This document shows positions 1-12,070 of a stretch of DNA of 64,000 nt, piece after piece. A program made the translations under genes and the position numbers. This DNA comes from Trichosphaerium sp. ATCC 40318 (taxonomy: Eukaryota > Protista > Tubulinea). The DNA lies in assembly GCA_038496445.1 (NCBI GenBank), contig JALMLS010000541.1:124001-188000 (forward strand), given 5' to 3'. A model generated the notes under the pieces. It made no database searches, was not told the DNA's origin, and saw only the letters and a list, made by a program, of their open reading frames with translations. Numbering within the stretch: the stretch's first letter is position 1; every line of letters begins with the position of its first letter.

Positions 1-1732
1 AACTTGATCCATTAAAGCTAACTGACGTGCCAGTTCAAGAGTATCTATATCATTCAAATCCGTGATAGGTGAAGGAGGTAGACGAGATGCAGGAGGAGTC
101 ATAAACACTTCACGAACTTTAACAGCTTCAGACATCTGCATATTAAGTAAGAAAAGGAAGGAGGCAAGTACAAAAAAATCTAGAACAGAACAAAAAATAA
201 AAGGAAAAACGGAGAATTGTTTTAAAGTCTCGATAAGTACCTTGTTAGCAATGAGCTGTTGTAATGTCGAAGCCGCTAGTGGTAACGCAAGCGATAACGT
301 AGAATTAATAAATTCCTTGACATTTTCTACACCGGAGGCATTGTCAGAAAAATCGTACCAATGCCTTTCCATCCAAATCTTTAAAAATTGAGAAAACCTC
401 ATCTTCATCACTTCAACATCTTTTTCAGGGTACTTGTCAGCAGTAAGCTTAGCCCAAAGATCAACAAGCTTCTCAACAAGCTCTGGTGGATTACAATAAC
501 TCCTGTACGTCAATAGGAATATACGTTGGAATAAAGGCTCATAATCATCTTTTCGGGTCAAACGAATAATAAGTCTATCAAGTGATGCTCCTTTGAGGCT
601 ATTGTCCTTTTGATCAAAGATAACATACTTATCATTAAATTCTGGAATATGTGATAACGGTGTTTCCATGACCAGTGGTGGTTCACCAGTACCTCGCTCT
701 AGAACCGTATTAATAAGCTGAGTGTCAAGAAATTCGAAGGCTTTTTTTTTAAGGGGACTAAGGGAGGCTCGGCAGTTGGCGTACTTTGCGGGCTATCACC
801 CGCCGTTGCAGACGCCACTGGCCGTCTCCAAGACCCGGGCGCCGCTTGCGTGCCCTTTTGGGAGTCCTTCGTTCTATTTGCGATTGTACCAGGAGGCGAA
901 GCTCTATTAGCGTATGCGTGCTCTTTTTTCTGTTAACAAGAAGTTAATTACAAACATTTAGGTTATTCACAACTTGCGCAACGGATTTTTTTTAAAATGC
1001 TTTGTTGCGGATTTAATAAATACTTCAACCTTCGTTCATAAAGTAGATTGTTTGATAAAGCAAGAAAAAAAAAGGCACGTGATTTGGCAACATTCAATCG
1101 AGACAAGTTTTTTTTTTTTGTTTTGGCTTTTTAGAAGATTGGTGTACTTGAAATATTGAAATATACTAGGCACGTACAGAATGTTTTGTGTGTCCTTTGT
1201 TATACGATTTTTTAATTTTTGTAAACTTTGCCTTGAGGTTTGTCTTTGAAGCGAATTTTTTACCCTTAACCAAGTCGTGGGGATGCTGGTGTTCCCTTAA
1301 TTGATCTAGTTCGCGGCGTTGTTGCTCAATAACTTCCTTGTGCTTTTTAAGTGTCTCCTTTAGCACAACAGCCTCGTCTTCTGCTGAATTAGAGTGTCCA
1401 GATGAATCGCCACTTTGAGAAGCAGGCCGAGCGCTTGCGTTTAGTTTTAACTGTGCAATTTCTTCATCTCTGGCGGCCAGAAGTTCCTAAACGCCAATTC
1501 GTTAAAACAATGGTTTAATAAAGCCCAAAACCCAGTGGAGCTATTACAAACCTTTAACGATGCTACCTCTTTCCTTAGCCCGTTTCGCTCTTTGATTACT
1601 TCCGTGAGGATTAACTAGCGCCAATGTTACAAAAAACTAGTTTCCGTGCGTATGGAACTAATTTTCAATATGTACCTTGGCTTTCTTGCGCAGTACGTCT
1701 ATTTTGCGCTCAAGCTCGGGGACTGTACTCAT
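1..1732 (-). CDS. Ras guanine-nucleotide exchange factor (N-terminal coiled coil, REM domain, start of CDC25 domain); runs off the left edge of the window
   Basis: Minus-strand translation gives MSTVPELERKIDVLRKKAK (ATG 1732), coiled-coil exons, REM motif NSLKGASLDRLIIRLT...FLLTYRSYCNPPELVEKL...FLKIWMERHWYDF and CDC25 start IDTLELARQLALMD. Exons join through GT-AG introns, including a 44-nt GTACGC...AAAAG intron near 741-784. Confidence 0.87.
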
Positions 1733-1948
1733 TGCGAATAAATGTTACAGCACAATAACGCCAAAATTACACTAACCAGAATAGCAGGTATTTGACAGTT
1801 TCTGGACAGTTTTTTGTGAAGTGTGTTGACGTCTGTTTTTTACGGGCAATGTAGTTACTGCGATTCTACACCGAAAACGTGCCATCACGATAACAGTATT
1901 TGACACGAAGTAATTTGTTGGCGTAACTGACATTGTTTGCCTTTTTCT

Positions 1949-4720
1949 ATGCAACGCCCGGATATCACCTCTGGGTTAGCCGGAGGGAACTTAGAGACTA
2001 TTGCGAAAGCCTCCAAACGTGTTAGAAACCATATCATAGGAAATCCGTACCAAAAGGAGACGTTGGCGAGCGCCTTGCAGCAACAGTACATACAAACACA
2101 TTTAGGCGTTTATTTTCTCACAAAATCTTACAGCGCTTTAACAATTCTAAAAAACGATGAGTTACGAACTAGCTCTCTTGGTCAAGTCATTCTAGCAGGT
2201 TCAAAACATTTTACAATTTAAATAACGTCAATTCGTTTTAAAAAAAGTTTCTACTAGCGCCACTTTCATTAACGCGCCCTAGATGTAGTAATGATAGTAG
2301 CAAGCATAGCCGATACAAGTTTAAAACTGCAACCAGCTGTTTTTGAGGCTATAACGGAACTCATAGAATGGATTCAATCTTCTATGGACTGTGACACCAC
2401 AGAGGATGATCTTCGCCCTAACCTTCTCAGAGCAACATGTTCTCTTGCTCCTGGTTTTAACGAGAAACAAACCAAGACGATAATTGCGCTATTCTTAAAC
2501 GAGGTAATGCCGTTTGACATCTCGTGATTTTACTTTATTAAAACCACGTGTTCTAGCTCAATACTGTACCTGACATCAGCCTCTTGGGTCATACTTGTGC
2601 TGCCATTGTACGGATGACGACGCATAGGTTCCAGCTAATAAATTAATAAGGCTAGCCTTGGACGAACGCTCAAAGAACCGATTAGTGTTACAACTGAATC
2701 AATATCTAGTATTTTTGGTTCCCTGAACAAAGCCAGCCTGCGAGTGAGTACATCTGTTAATTCGTGTTTAGTGACTACCAAATAGATTCAAGCCAACATA
2801 ATCCCACTACTGGCAGTAGCATCGAGGAACCATGTTACCCAAAAGTCTATCATAGACAACGCACAGTTACCAAGTGGAGAACATTTTCTGGACTGGGTTG
2901 TTTCTTTTTCTAATTTTAAAGGGTTCCAACAAAGACCGTTTATTTTGATTGATGCTGCTGAAATGTACTTGCCCAACTATTTCTAAAATTCAATTGTAGT
3001 TGTGACTCATTAATTTAGATTGATTTCTTGCTCACAATCAAGCCCACAACATGCAAATACAGGTATCACAATACTGACTAGATTGCTTGACAAGAAAACA
3101 CTTAACAAAAGTCACTACGAGCGCATTGTACCAATTCTCCTTCGGTACTTGGAAGAATCAGTTCCCGAAAATTTTCCTGGACGTAGTGTAGCTATTCTTG
3201 GCCTTATAGAGCTTATTGCTACAGTATTGATTAATGCAACAAAATCACTTACAATATCTACTAAACAAGTACGTTTGACATAAACATTTTAATCTCTTTA
3301 AACCTCACTCACTTTTTAGGATATATTTATACTAATAACGAAAGCTATCCCTGGTGTTGCAAAGAGCAAGAAGAAACTTAGAATTCCAAAAGTTCTTATT
3401 TCAGCATCTTGTGAAGAATTGTTGCATGGCACTGATCTTTCTCTACGCTTGGTAGCAGGTTCGTAATTTGTGTAATATAGAATGTAGTTGATAGAAAATT
3501 AGGTCATGCAGCGCTCACATTGTCGCGCTCTAATGAGAGGGTGCACTTTGCAAGTTATCCTTTAACTGAATTGGTAAACCCTTTTTGCGTCGCAAATTTT
3601 TTTTCACTTTGCACGTGTGAAAGAAAGGTCTTACAGGTTTTTGTAGATTCAAAAAGAAGAAGCGAATGAAGAGCTATGCCTAGTTGTATTAAAAACACTT
3701 GCAAATGTTATAATAGATTCAGACGTAAACACAAAGCAACAACTGCTTTTCTTTTCTTCATTATTACTATCATTTTCTAATAAGTGCATAGAAACTCACG
3801 CTGGACATTTTGAAATCAAAAGAAACTTTGACAGGTCCGTTGAAAAATCTACATCAAACGTGTACAAGTTTGAAACTTGTTATGATTGACTTTGTGTTGT
3901 AGAGATTGTTAAACAATCATTGACGCACTCTAACATTAAAATTCGTGTTGCTGCATTGCACGTTATAAAGAACGTGGCTCACTTTGGTTCTACAACAAGC
4001 GATAATAAAGAAATTGTCACATGTTTCCCAATAGAAGATATCGTCAAGTTATTGGGTAGCACGGATGAAGAAATAGTATTCGTCACACTTGGTATTTTAA
4101 GAAACCTTCATCATAGAGTTAAATTGGTACTGCCTCACCTCATACCGTTACGTTCTTATGATAAAAAGGTGATTAGTGATGAAATTGTTGATTGGGGACA
4201 ACCAGAGCCAATTCAGTGCGTTGTCAATGGTATTCTACCAATCTTGGCGAATGCCAAGCCTCAACTGAGGAGGCAGGCGTTTTTTGTAGCAGCGAATATT
4301 GCCACCTATGCTCCTGGGTTAACAGATAAAACTCTGTTTTCAAAGGTTTTACAACTCACATTAAAGGAACTAGAGGCACGCTTTTCGTGATTGCGTGAAC
4401 TTTTATTTACATGCCACAGAGCTCAAATGATGACACAGACAAAGTAAAGGTGGCTGCTGCCTGGTTTATAATTAATAGCACTTGGCAAGCTGATAATGGC
4501 CCAGATCAACGTCCTCGAGTTCAGCAATTTGTAAACTCGGGTACTCCGAACATAGTACAAAAACTACTTGCTTCTAGCATCTCAATAGATCTACGGTGAG
4601 TAATTCAACCACACTAAGAAGTTAACGTTCTAAAAATTTTATTGTAGAGATCGTTGCTACTCTATACTCGATAGTCTCGCTTTGAAACCGGTTGTTGAGC
4701 AGCCAACTTCACCTTCGTGA
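1949..4720 (+). CDS. ARMC8: Armadillo-repeat protein ARMC8/Gid5 (GID/CTLH E3 ligase subunit)
   Basis: N-terminal KRVRNHIIGNPYQKETL resembles ARMC8 KNAVIGNNKQK. C-terminal VKVAAAWFIINSTWQ...RVQQFVNSG...KLL...DLRDRC resembles the ARMC8 C-terminus. ARM/HEAT-like helices lie between, over many short exons. Confidence 0.78.
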
Positions 4721-4780
4721 GTAGCTACAAACTAGCCAAACATAGAGTTGACCACATTGTAAATATTACGTAAACGTTCT

Positions 4781-5166
4781 TCAAGGGATGCTCGTTCCTG
4801 CATCTCCTATTGCGGTTTGGTTAGGCCGTCTACACTTTTTCGTAATCCGTGCCTCGTTTATTAAACCCTGAAGAGCATCCGTGAACTGCTTCATTTCATC
4901 GTCTATTTGACTACAAACTAAGTTTAAGGATGTGAGATTTGTACACACCTTAAATCTTCCGTCAACTTCGAAAACAAATCCACCAGGCCGTCCTTAGAGT
5001 TCGGAACTTGCTCTGATATGCTACTGTGTAGTTGACTGGCTGGCACATCGTAAGTAGCCGACTCCTCTTGCATCTCAATCGACATTTTAAGAACTTTGCT
5101 GACTTTGCTAATAATTTCGTCGGTGAATTTTTGCTGCGCATATTCACAACACTCTAGAAAGGCCAT
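4781..5166 (-). CDS. Small helical hypothetical protein (2 exons, ~115 aa)
   Basis: ORF 4924-5166 splices (AG|GTGTGT ... TTGTAG|T) in frame to QIDDEMKQFTDALQGLINEARITKKCRRPN...SIP*. No recognisable motif. Confidence 0.5.
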
Positions 5167-5172
5167 AACACA

Positions 5173-6684
5173 ATGCTTTCAAGCACTAAATACATCGCGC
5201 GTACGGCCCAGAGGTCTGTAAACGCTACTCGTGTCTCTACGATCAAAACGAAGAGATTCTACAGTATACCAACAGAAGCAAATGTTTGCCGCTACACTGA
5301 ACACGGTGAACCTCTCAAAGTACTAAAGTATGTTAATGATAGTTAAAACAATTATACACTAAAATGTCCAGGCGAGTGCGAGAAAAATTGCCTGCTGTTG
5401 GCAAACATGACGTTGTAGTGAAAATGCACTTTGCACCAATCAACCCATCCGACTTCAACATGATTGAAGGTAGCTACGCTATTTTACCAAAACTACCAGC
5501 CATTGGTGGAAATGAAGGCGTTGGCGAGGTTGTAGCAGTAGGTGACCTCGTTCGTGATCTAAAACCGAAAGACTTGGTACTCCCAGCAACTCCAGGCTTC
5601 GGTACGTCATTTACAGGCGATAACAAAAAAACCGCTCGTTTTCTTTCTATCATTATTTGTACGCGCCTCTCACTTGCCCTGAAGGTACATGGCGCGACTA
5701 TGCGGTATGTCCTAGCACAGAGGTGCTCAAACTCCCTGAAAGTGCCAAAGACGTGAAAAAAGAATATCTCGCTTCTTTGTCTGTAAATCCTTGCACAGCT
5801 TTGCGTCTATTGAAAGATTTTGAACACCTAAAGGAAGGTGCGTAGAAAACAACAAAAAAAAAAACCATCAATGGATTTCTGTTTACTCTGTACTAAGGTG
5901 ACGTTATTGTACAAAATGGTGCTAGCTCACAAGTAGGTATGTGCGTTGTCCAACTCGCACATGCTAGAGGCATCAAGACGATTAACATTTTGAGAGAAAA
6001 CGGGTACACAAGACAGTTTTTTTTATTTGTTTTATTTTTTTGCGTTTTTAAAGCTTCAATTTACTAACTGCAATCAAAGTCTCAACTACAACGAGCATGT
6101 AGAACATCTTAAAGCTTATGGCGCAGATATTGTACTTGATTCAGCTTTCTACCGTAAACCAGAGTTCAAGCGTTTAGTAACAGATTTACCAAAACCAAAA
6201 CTTGCTCTTAACTGTGTTGGTGGTAGCAATGCTACTGAAATGGTCAGAAAATTAGCGTACGTTAACACTTTATACCGCTTCTTTTCCGTTTAGTGGAGTT
6301 GTAGTTTATTTTTTACTGTTTTTTTTAAATTGTTTATTTATTTATTGTTTTATTAGCACTGGTGGTACCATGGTTACATATGGTAACATGTCAAGACGTC
6401 CTGTTACTGTACCAACGTCTCAGTTTATTTTCAAGGACGTTACTCTCAAAGGCTTCTGGCTCTCAAAATGGATTAAAGAGCACAGCGTAGACGAGCGAAT
6501 GAACATGTATTCTGAGCTTATCGATCTAATGAAGGTCCAAAAGCCAGGCGAAGGTCTCCGCATTTGGACTGAAACTCAGAAATTTTCTAAATTCGAAGAC
6601 GCCATCCAAGCACCTGAAAACGAGCTAAAGAGACGCGCTGGTGGTGGTTTTAGACGCAAGATTCAAATGAACTTGCAACTGTAG
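5173..6684 (+). CDS. MECR: Mitochondrial trans-2-enoyl-CoA/ACP reductase (MDR family, mtFAS)
   Basis: Arg/Ser/Thr-rich presequence, then [69 protein letters not shown] and [12 protein letters not shown]...[12 protein letters not shown]: diagnostic Etr1/MECR motifs. Confidence 0.93.
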
Positions 6685-6991
6685 ACTATATATTTTCCAA
6701 GATTTTTAAGGGGAACCGAAAACACATTTAACTTTGTGTTTTTTGTTTTCTTTTGTCGTTCTGTCACGTTATTCATTTGTAACAGCTAGTAAATAATAAG
6801 CCTGTTGATCGCAAGTGTTTGTATTTTTTATTACATGACAATACCGTAAACCCTTTTTGAGCGTGATGACGTGTGACATCGAAAACTCTTAAAAAGAATT
6901 GTGACACATTTTTTTTTCAAAATTATGAGTTTTCTGTTTAGCTCGTCATTTTTCGTTTCACTGTTTAAACGTCAAAGCAAAGTACAAAACA

Positions 6992-9990
6992 ATGGCGGAG
7001 ACACACGACAATGAACATGAGGGAGAGGTACGCTTTTTATTTGGCGTACAAGCTGTTAATAACTAACAACGCTTTAGATTGAGGACGTCATAAAAAGAAT
7101 ACAAGACCCAAAAACTGGCTTGGAGATTAAAGGTAGTTATTGCCACTCTCCTGGTTATCTAATACAATTATAGATCGTAAGTGGCTTCTCAAAACGTACA
7201 AGCATTGCTTTGTAGGGCGTGACATGGTTAATTGGCTCCTTACCGAAAAAGTTGGTGCGTTGGCGACTACGCACACTCCGATCAGCCTGTTACTCACGTT
7301 AGATGATTTTAGCCGCAACACGAGGAGATGCAGTAACGTTTGGTCAGGAACTACTAGAAGCGGGCATGATACAGCACGTTACACGCGATCACGCCTTCAA
7401 AGACGAGCCTCTATACTACAAAGTCGTTCCTAAAGATAAACGCTCTAAAACAGTACGTGAAATACTGCTGATACTGTTTTATACGCCAAACAAGCTCCAA
7501 TTGGCATACAATGAGCAAACGGAGAATCTAACTATAAAATTTTACTACCTTGACAAAAAACTGAACGCTAATCGCTTAAAACGCAGGGAGGAAACTGGAA
7601 AAACTACGTAGCAAAACTATTACAAGAAGATAGTGTATCAGAGGGAGGAGATCATGTACAACCTTCTATTCCAAGACGAGATGGCGACTCTGATCAATCA
7701 CCTGATCCAACCAAGCTAGAAGTGTTCCCACTTGATAAATGGCACGTTTTACGCCCGTAAAAAATAGTTTTACTGTTTTTCCAGAGTTATGGAAAAATGT
7801 CCTGACATTTTTCTGTCTGTTCTCAAGTTTTTTTTTTGAAAATTCTTTTTGGCTTATACGAGCTTATAGGAATGTCGAACTTCTTAATAACGTTCATCCT
7901 CCAATGTGGGAAGATCCAGACCCACGTGATGTATACAATATGGTTGTTATTGGTGCTGGTACTGCAGGTCTTGTTACAGCTGCTGGAACTGCTGGTATGT
8001 TCGCTTAAAAAACTATCAACGCCTTTCGTTACTCATTTTTTTTCTCAAGGTCTTGGTGGTAGAGTAGCACTCATTGAAAAGCACTTAATGGGTGGAGATT
8101 GTTTGAATGTTGGTTGTGTACCTTCAAAAGCTCTAATTCGTTGTGCTACTGCTATTCATGAAGCTAGAAGCGGTGACAAGTTCGGATTTAAAGTTAAGGG
8201 TGAGATCGAAGTTGATTTCCCAGCTATAATGGAAAGGTATGCGTTTTTTTTCTGTATTTTAATTGCTTAATCTGGCATGTAGAATGAGAAGACTTCGTTC
8301 TAGTATCTCACATGTTGATGGAGCAAAGAGATTCTCCAAAGATTTGGGCATTGATGTATTTATTGGTGAGGGTAAATTTACAAGCAAAAGCACTGTTATG
8401 GTTAATGGAAAGACTCTTAAATTCGCAAAAGCGTGTATTGCTACGGGTAGCAAAGCTTCTATTCCACCAATGTACGTTGGTTTTAATTATGTCCTTTTTT
8501 TGGTTTTTTGTTCTTTTGCTTACAACGCTGTTATAGTACTGGTCTTGACAAAGTTCCATTCCTTACAAATGCTACTTTATTTAACTTAACAGAGCTACCT
8601 AAAACTCTTGCAGTTATTGGTACTGGTGCAATTGGTTGTGAGATGGCACAAAGTTTTGTAAGGTAAGTATCTCAATGGAGTGTTGTTTGTTGAAGAAGCA
8701 AGTCTAATTGATGTTTTTGCTTAGATTCGGCTCAGAAGTTCATATGTTTGCTCGATCTCCTCATATACTATCAAGAGAAGATCCTGAAGCTGCGTTAGTA
8801 ATAGAAAAACAACTGATCAGTGATGGTATTATTTTCCATCCAAGTGTCACATATTCAAATATTGAGAAGACTAAAGATGATAAAATTGTACGCTTCGCCG
8901 GAACTTTTTGGAAAAAAAACAGCTTGTGAGAAGCTCATTCTTCTATACTTTCACTTTACCATTATTCGGAGCTCACATGAGTGTTTAGGAAATCACTGTT
9001 GTTAAAAACGGAATAACGGAAAAAATCGTAGTTACACATTTGTTAGTCTCTACTGGTAGGACACCTAACCTTAAGTGTACGTGTATTGACTTAAGCAAGT
9101 TTTTTGACTTATCGTTTTTTATATAGCTCTTGATCTTGAGAGTGCTGGAGTAAAATACACTAAACGTGGTGTTAAAGTGAGCGATCAGTTGGTTACTTCG
9201 AACCCAAATATTTTCGCTGCTGGTGACTGTTGCAGCCAATACAAGTTTACACATATGGCTGATTTCCTTGCACGTATTGTTATTAGAAACGCTCTTTTCT
9301 TTGGATCATCGAAAGTAAGCGATTTGGTAGTACCATGGTACGTAAAGAAAAATCAGCAGTTTTTTTTTGTTTTTTGAAAAAAAGTAGTTGATTCTTTTGT
9401 AGACTTTGTCTCTTTTTTATATGTGTCCATAGTGTTCCTAGTTACTTACTTTTATTATAGGGCTACCTTTACAGAGCCAGAAATAGCTCATGTTGGCGCA
9501 TACGAGCGTGATTTAACTGCTAAGAAGATTAAGTATAGAGAGTTTAAAATTAGTATGGATGACATTGATAGAGCTATTCTAGAAGATGAAACTGAAGGTT
9601 TCGTTAAAGTATATGTCAAAGAAGGTATGTGACCTTTAATACTCTGTTGAGCAAGATTTCTTGTGCTTACGTTGCTCTCCAGGCACAGACAAGATCCTTG
9701 GTGCTACTATTGTTGCTGGCAATGCCGGTGATATGATTTCTGAGATTACTCTGGCTATGGTTAATAAAATCGGTTTATTAGCTATTGCACCTGTCATTCA
9801 TCCTTATCCAACTCAAGCTGAAGCTATACGCAAGTTGGGAGATCAGTACAATAAGTACGTTTTGTTGCTTAGTTTTTTTTCTTGTTTTTTCGATAAAAAC
9901 TTCTTTACTGATTTTTTCTCTTCTACTAGGACACGTTTGACTACTTTTAATAAAGTATTCTTGCGTAAAATCTTGGCTGTAAGAAGATAG
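6992..9990 (+). CDS. DEP domain fused to a MerA-like/dihydrolipoamide-dehydrogenase-family pyridine nucleotide-disulfide oxidoreductase
   Basis: DEP: GLEIKDRKWLLKTYKHCFVGRDMVNWLL...RGDAVTFGQELLEAGMIQHVTRDHAFKDEPLYY. Reductase: VIGAGTAG, GGDCLNVGCVPSK, IATGS, VIGTGAIGCE, FAAGDC, ATFTEPEIAHVG, ILGATIV, IHPYPTQAE. Contiguous reading frame across splice junctions. Confidence 0.9.
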
Positions 9991-10287
9991 AATAGTCTAT
10001 GTGGCATCATTTTTGATAGCTCCGGAATAGGCGAATCTCTTGTAGCTTTTTTTCTTATAACAAACTTTATTTGGCTTTTAGTCAAATAAATAAAAATCGT
10101 GTTTGTGTTGTACAAGTGTTTTTTGCTGTCGAATTTTTACACTTACTTAAGCTAACATACGTTGTTCATGTGATGTTTTTCTTTCTTAGGCTTAAGCGTC
10201 CCCTAATCTAGTGATGATCTCTTATCGGCTAATTAATGGCTGATAAGCAAATAATAGACCTCATTAGAGAATTTTGCTGAGTTTCTT

Positions 10288-11753
10288 TTATTTATCGAAC
10301 AACAATGTTATGGTACTTGGTCTGGTGTTTTGCTTAAGCGCCCTTTCAACTATTGAGCTACTAGTCAGTGATTTAAGTCCGTAAGGAATATTCAACACAT
10401 AGCGTTGACAGTCTATATTGCATTTGATTACAAACACACCAATGCTTTTTAGCTCGGATACACTACATTTCCATATGAAACCAGCAGCATAACTATATGT
10501 TTCATCGTCTTCTATTCCGATTTTTGCAGATTTTGCAGTCTCCAACCTAAAGCTGTCAGTGTACTCTGGTATTACCGCACTCTGTAAGCGTACACAAATT
10601 GTTTTAACGCTGACGTTTTAAGCCTCCTACAATACTGTTCGTTGTAGTGACCACCAAAAATATCACCCCATATATCCTTCCACCATAGCATGTCACGTGT
10701 ATCAGAAAGGCGCCATAAGTAGCAAGCAAACACACAAGGAAGTTCACTTGTCAATTCCAGTACTAAAGTCCCAGTGTCCTCCAAAGCCTGAAAGAAACAG
10801 AATGTAAATGTGTTATTTGTTTTTACATAAGTGACGCACAAGCAAGCAACCATAAATCTGCAGTTGAGCTGACAAAGTCTGTGTCCTTGATAGATTCTAG
10901 CAATGGAGCTGGTACAAAAGTCTTTTCATTGGTGTCTATGCATTGCTGTATTATTTCTCTAGTGGAATTAAAAGCTAGTGGTAAAATAGTTTGTAAAATT
11001 GGTATACTATTAGGAGTGGACACGTGATTGGACAAGAGTACATAATCGTTATTTTCATATGCGTCAATAAGAGGACTAAATTCATGATACCATACAGGCC
11101 ATAGCTAAACATTGTAAGCGAAAATTCTGTACATGATAATACCTTTTTAAATGTAGTTCTGAGAACAAATTTATCATTGGTGATATAGGTATAGAAACAG
11201 TTTATCCCATGTTCATCATTTCTTGGTTTGTGCAATTCATTCAAACAAATCAAAACCTCATTAACTGTCTCGAATATGTCCATGTGGTAATGCATATTTG
11301 GATCTTTGTCATTACTGAAAGCAACTAAATCACTAAAGTTAAGTTAATATCTGGATATCTTGTGTTTACTACAGCTGTTGTACCCCATTGACCTCATTAT
11401 TATGCACTTTGATACTTTGACATGTGCTACAGGTTGCGAAACGTTCTCTTGTGAAAAGATATACATGGTCACAAAGCATAGGTGTTCAAGCGGTTTTAAA
11501 ACTTCTGTTGTCTTTTTAATAGTAGTGTACGATGTTCCCAAATCTTTATTACTGGTTTTATCATTATTTTGTTGATTGTTGGTCTTTTGGTGTACCATAT
11601 GCTACAAACATCGCTTGAAATACAAGATATCTTCTTATTAGGACCTGAGCAGCGTGGTTCTCGCTTTCTTTTCTTTATCTATTGCTATCATTACAGTTTT
11701 CTGACTGAAGTATTTAAAATGGGTTGTTCTCGTACGTGGGGAGTTGAAGACAT
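10288..11753 (-). CDS. Unknown protein, tandem paralog A (NLS, CxxC, possible divergent BTB/BACK-like core)
   Basis: Spliced translation MSSTPH|IKKRKREPRCSGPNKKISCISSDVCSIC|NKDLG...LWLLAC...LPCVFACYLWRLS...WWKDIWGDIFGG...TITLLFDK*. Collinear with paralog B. The BTB assignment is weak inference. Confidence 0.7.
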
Positions 11754-12070
11754 ACGTAAAGAAAAAAATGTAAGAAAAGTGGCTCCGAACAAAATAGCAC
11801 TTCTTCTATCACAGTACTTAGGTGGTACCAATGACTTAACACCGTATTTCTTCTTGAGCGTAGCCATCGTGTTACAATATAAATAGCTAGTACAGTAGTG
11901 CTTACATTCGCAGATGACAGATAACGAAACACGTGGGTTTTTTTTGGTGCTACTTGTACTAATATTCCGCACGTGTTTCTCTGGCTTGGCTACGCATAGC
12001 GCTATCGTGGCGGATACGTGTCAACACAATCACAGTCATTTTTTTTCTTACTTGAAAGTGTCTCACAATT

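Noticed and set aside
741-931. GC-rich, hairpin-forming island ending in a T-run; looked like a Pol III ncRNA or ribozyme, or a -1 frameshift at A9 on the minus strand
   Set aside because: On the minus strand it is an in-phase RasGEF exon (acceptor TTAACAG, KKEHAYANRASPP...). A 44-nt GTACGC...AAAAG intron restores frame into the REM exon. No diagnostic snRNA, SRP, RNase P or HDV motifs fit.
7870-9990. Calling the reductase true mercuric reductase (merA) or mitochondrial DLD
   Set aside because: No C-terminal Cys-Cys or NmerA domain, and no mitochondrial presequence; only family-level similarity is supported.
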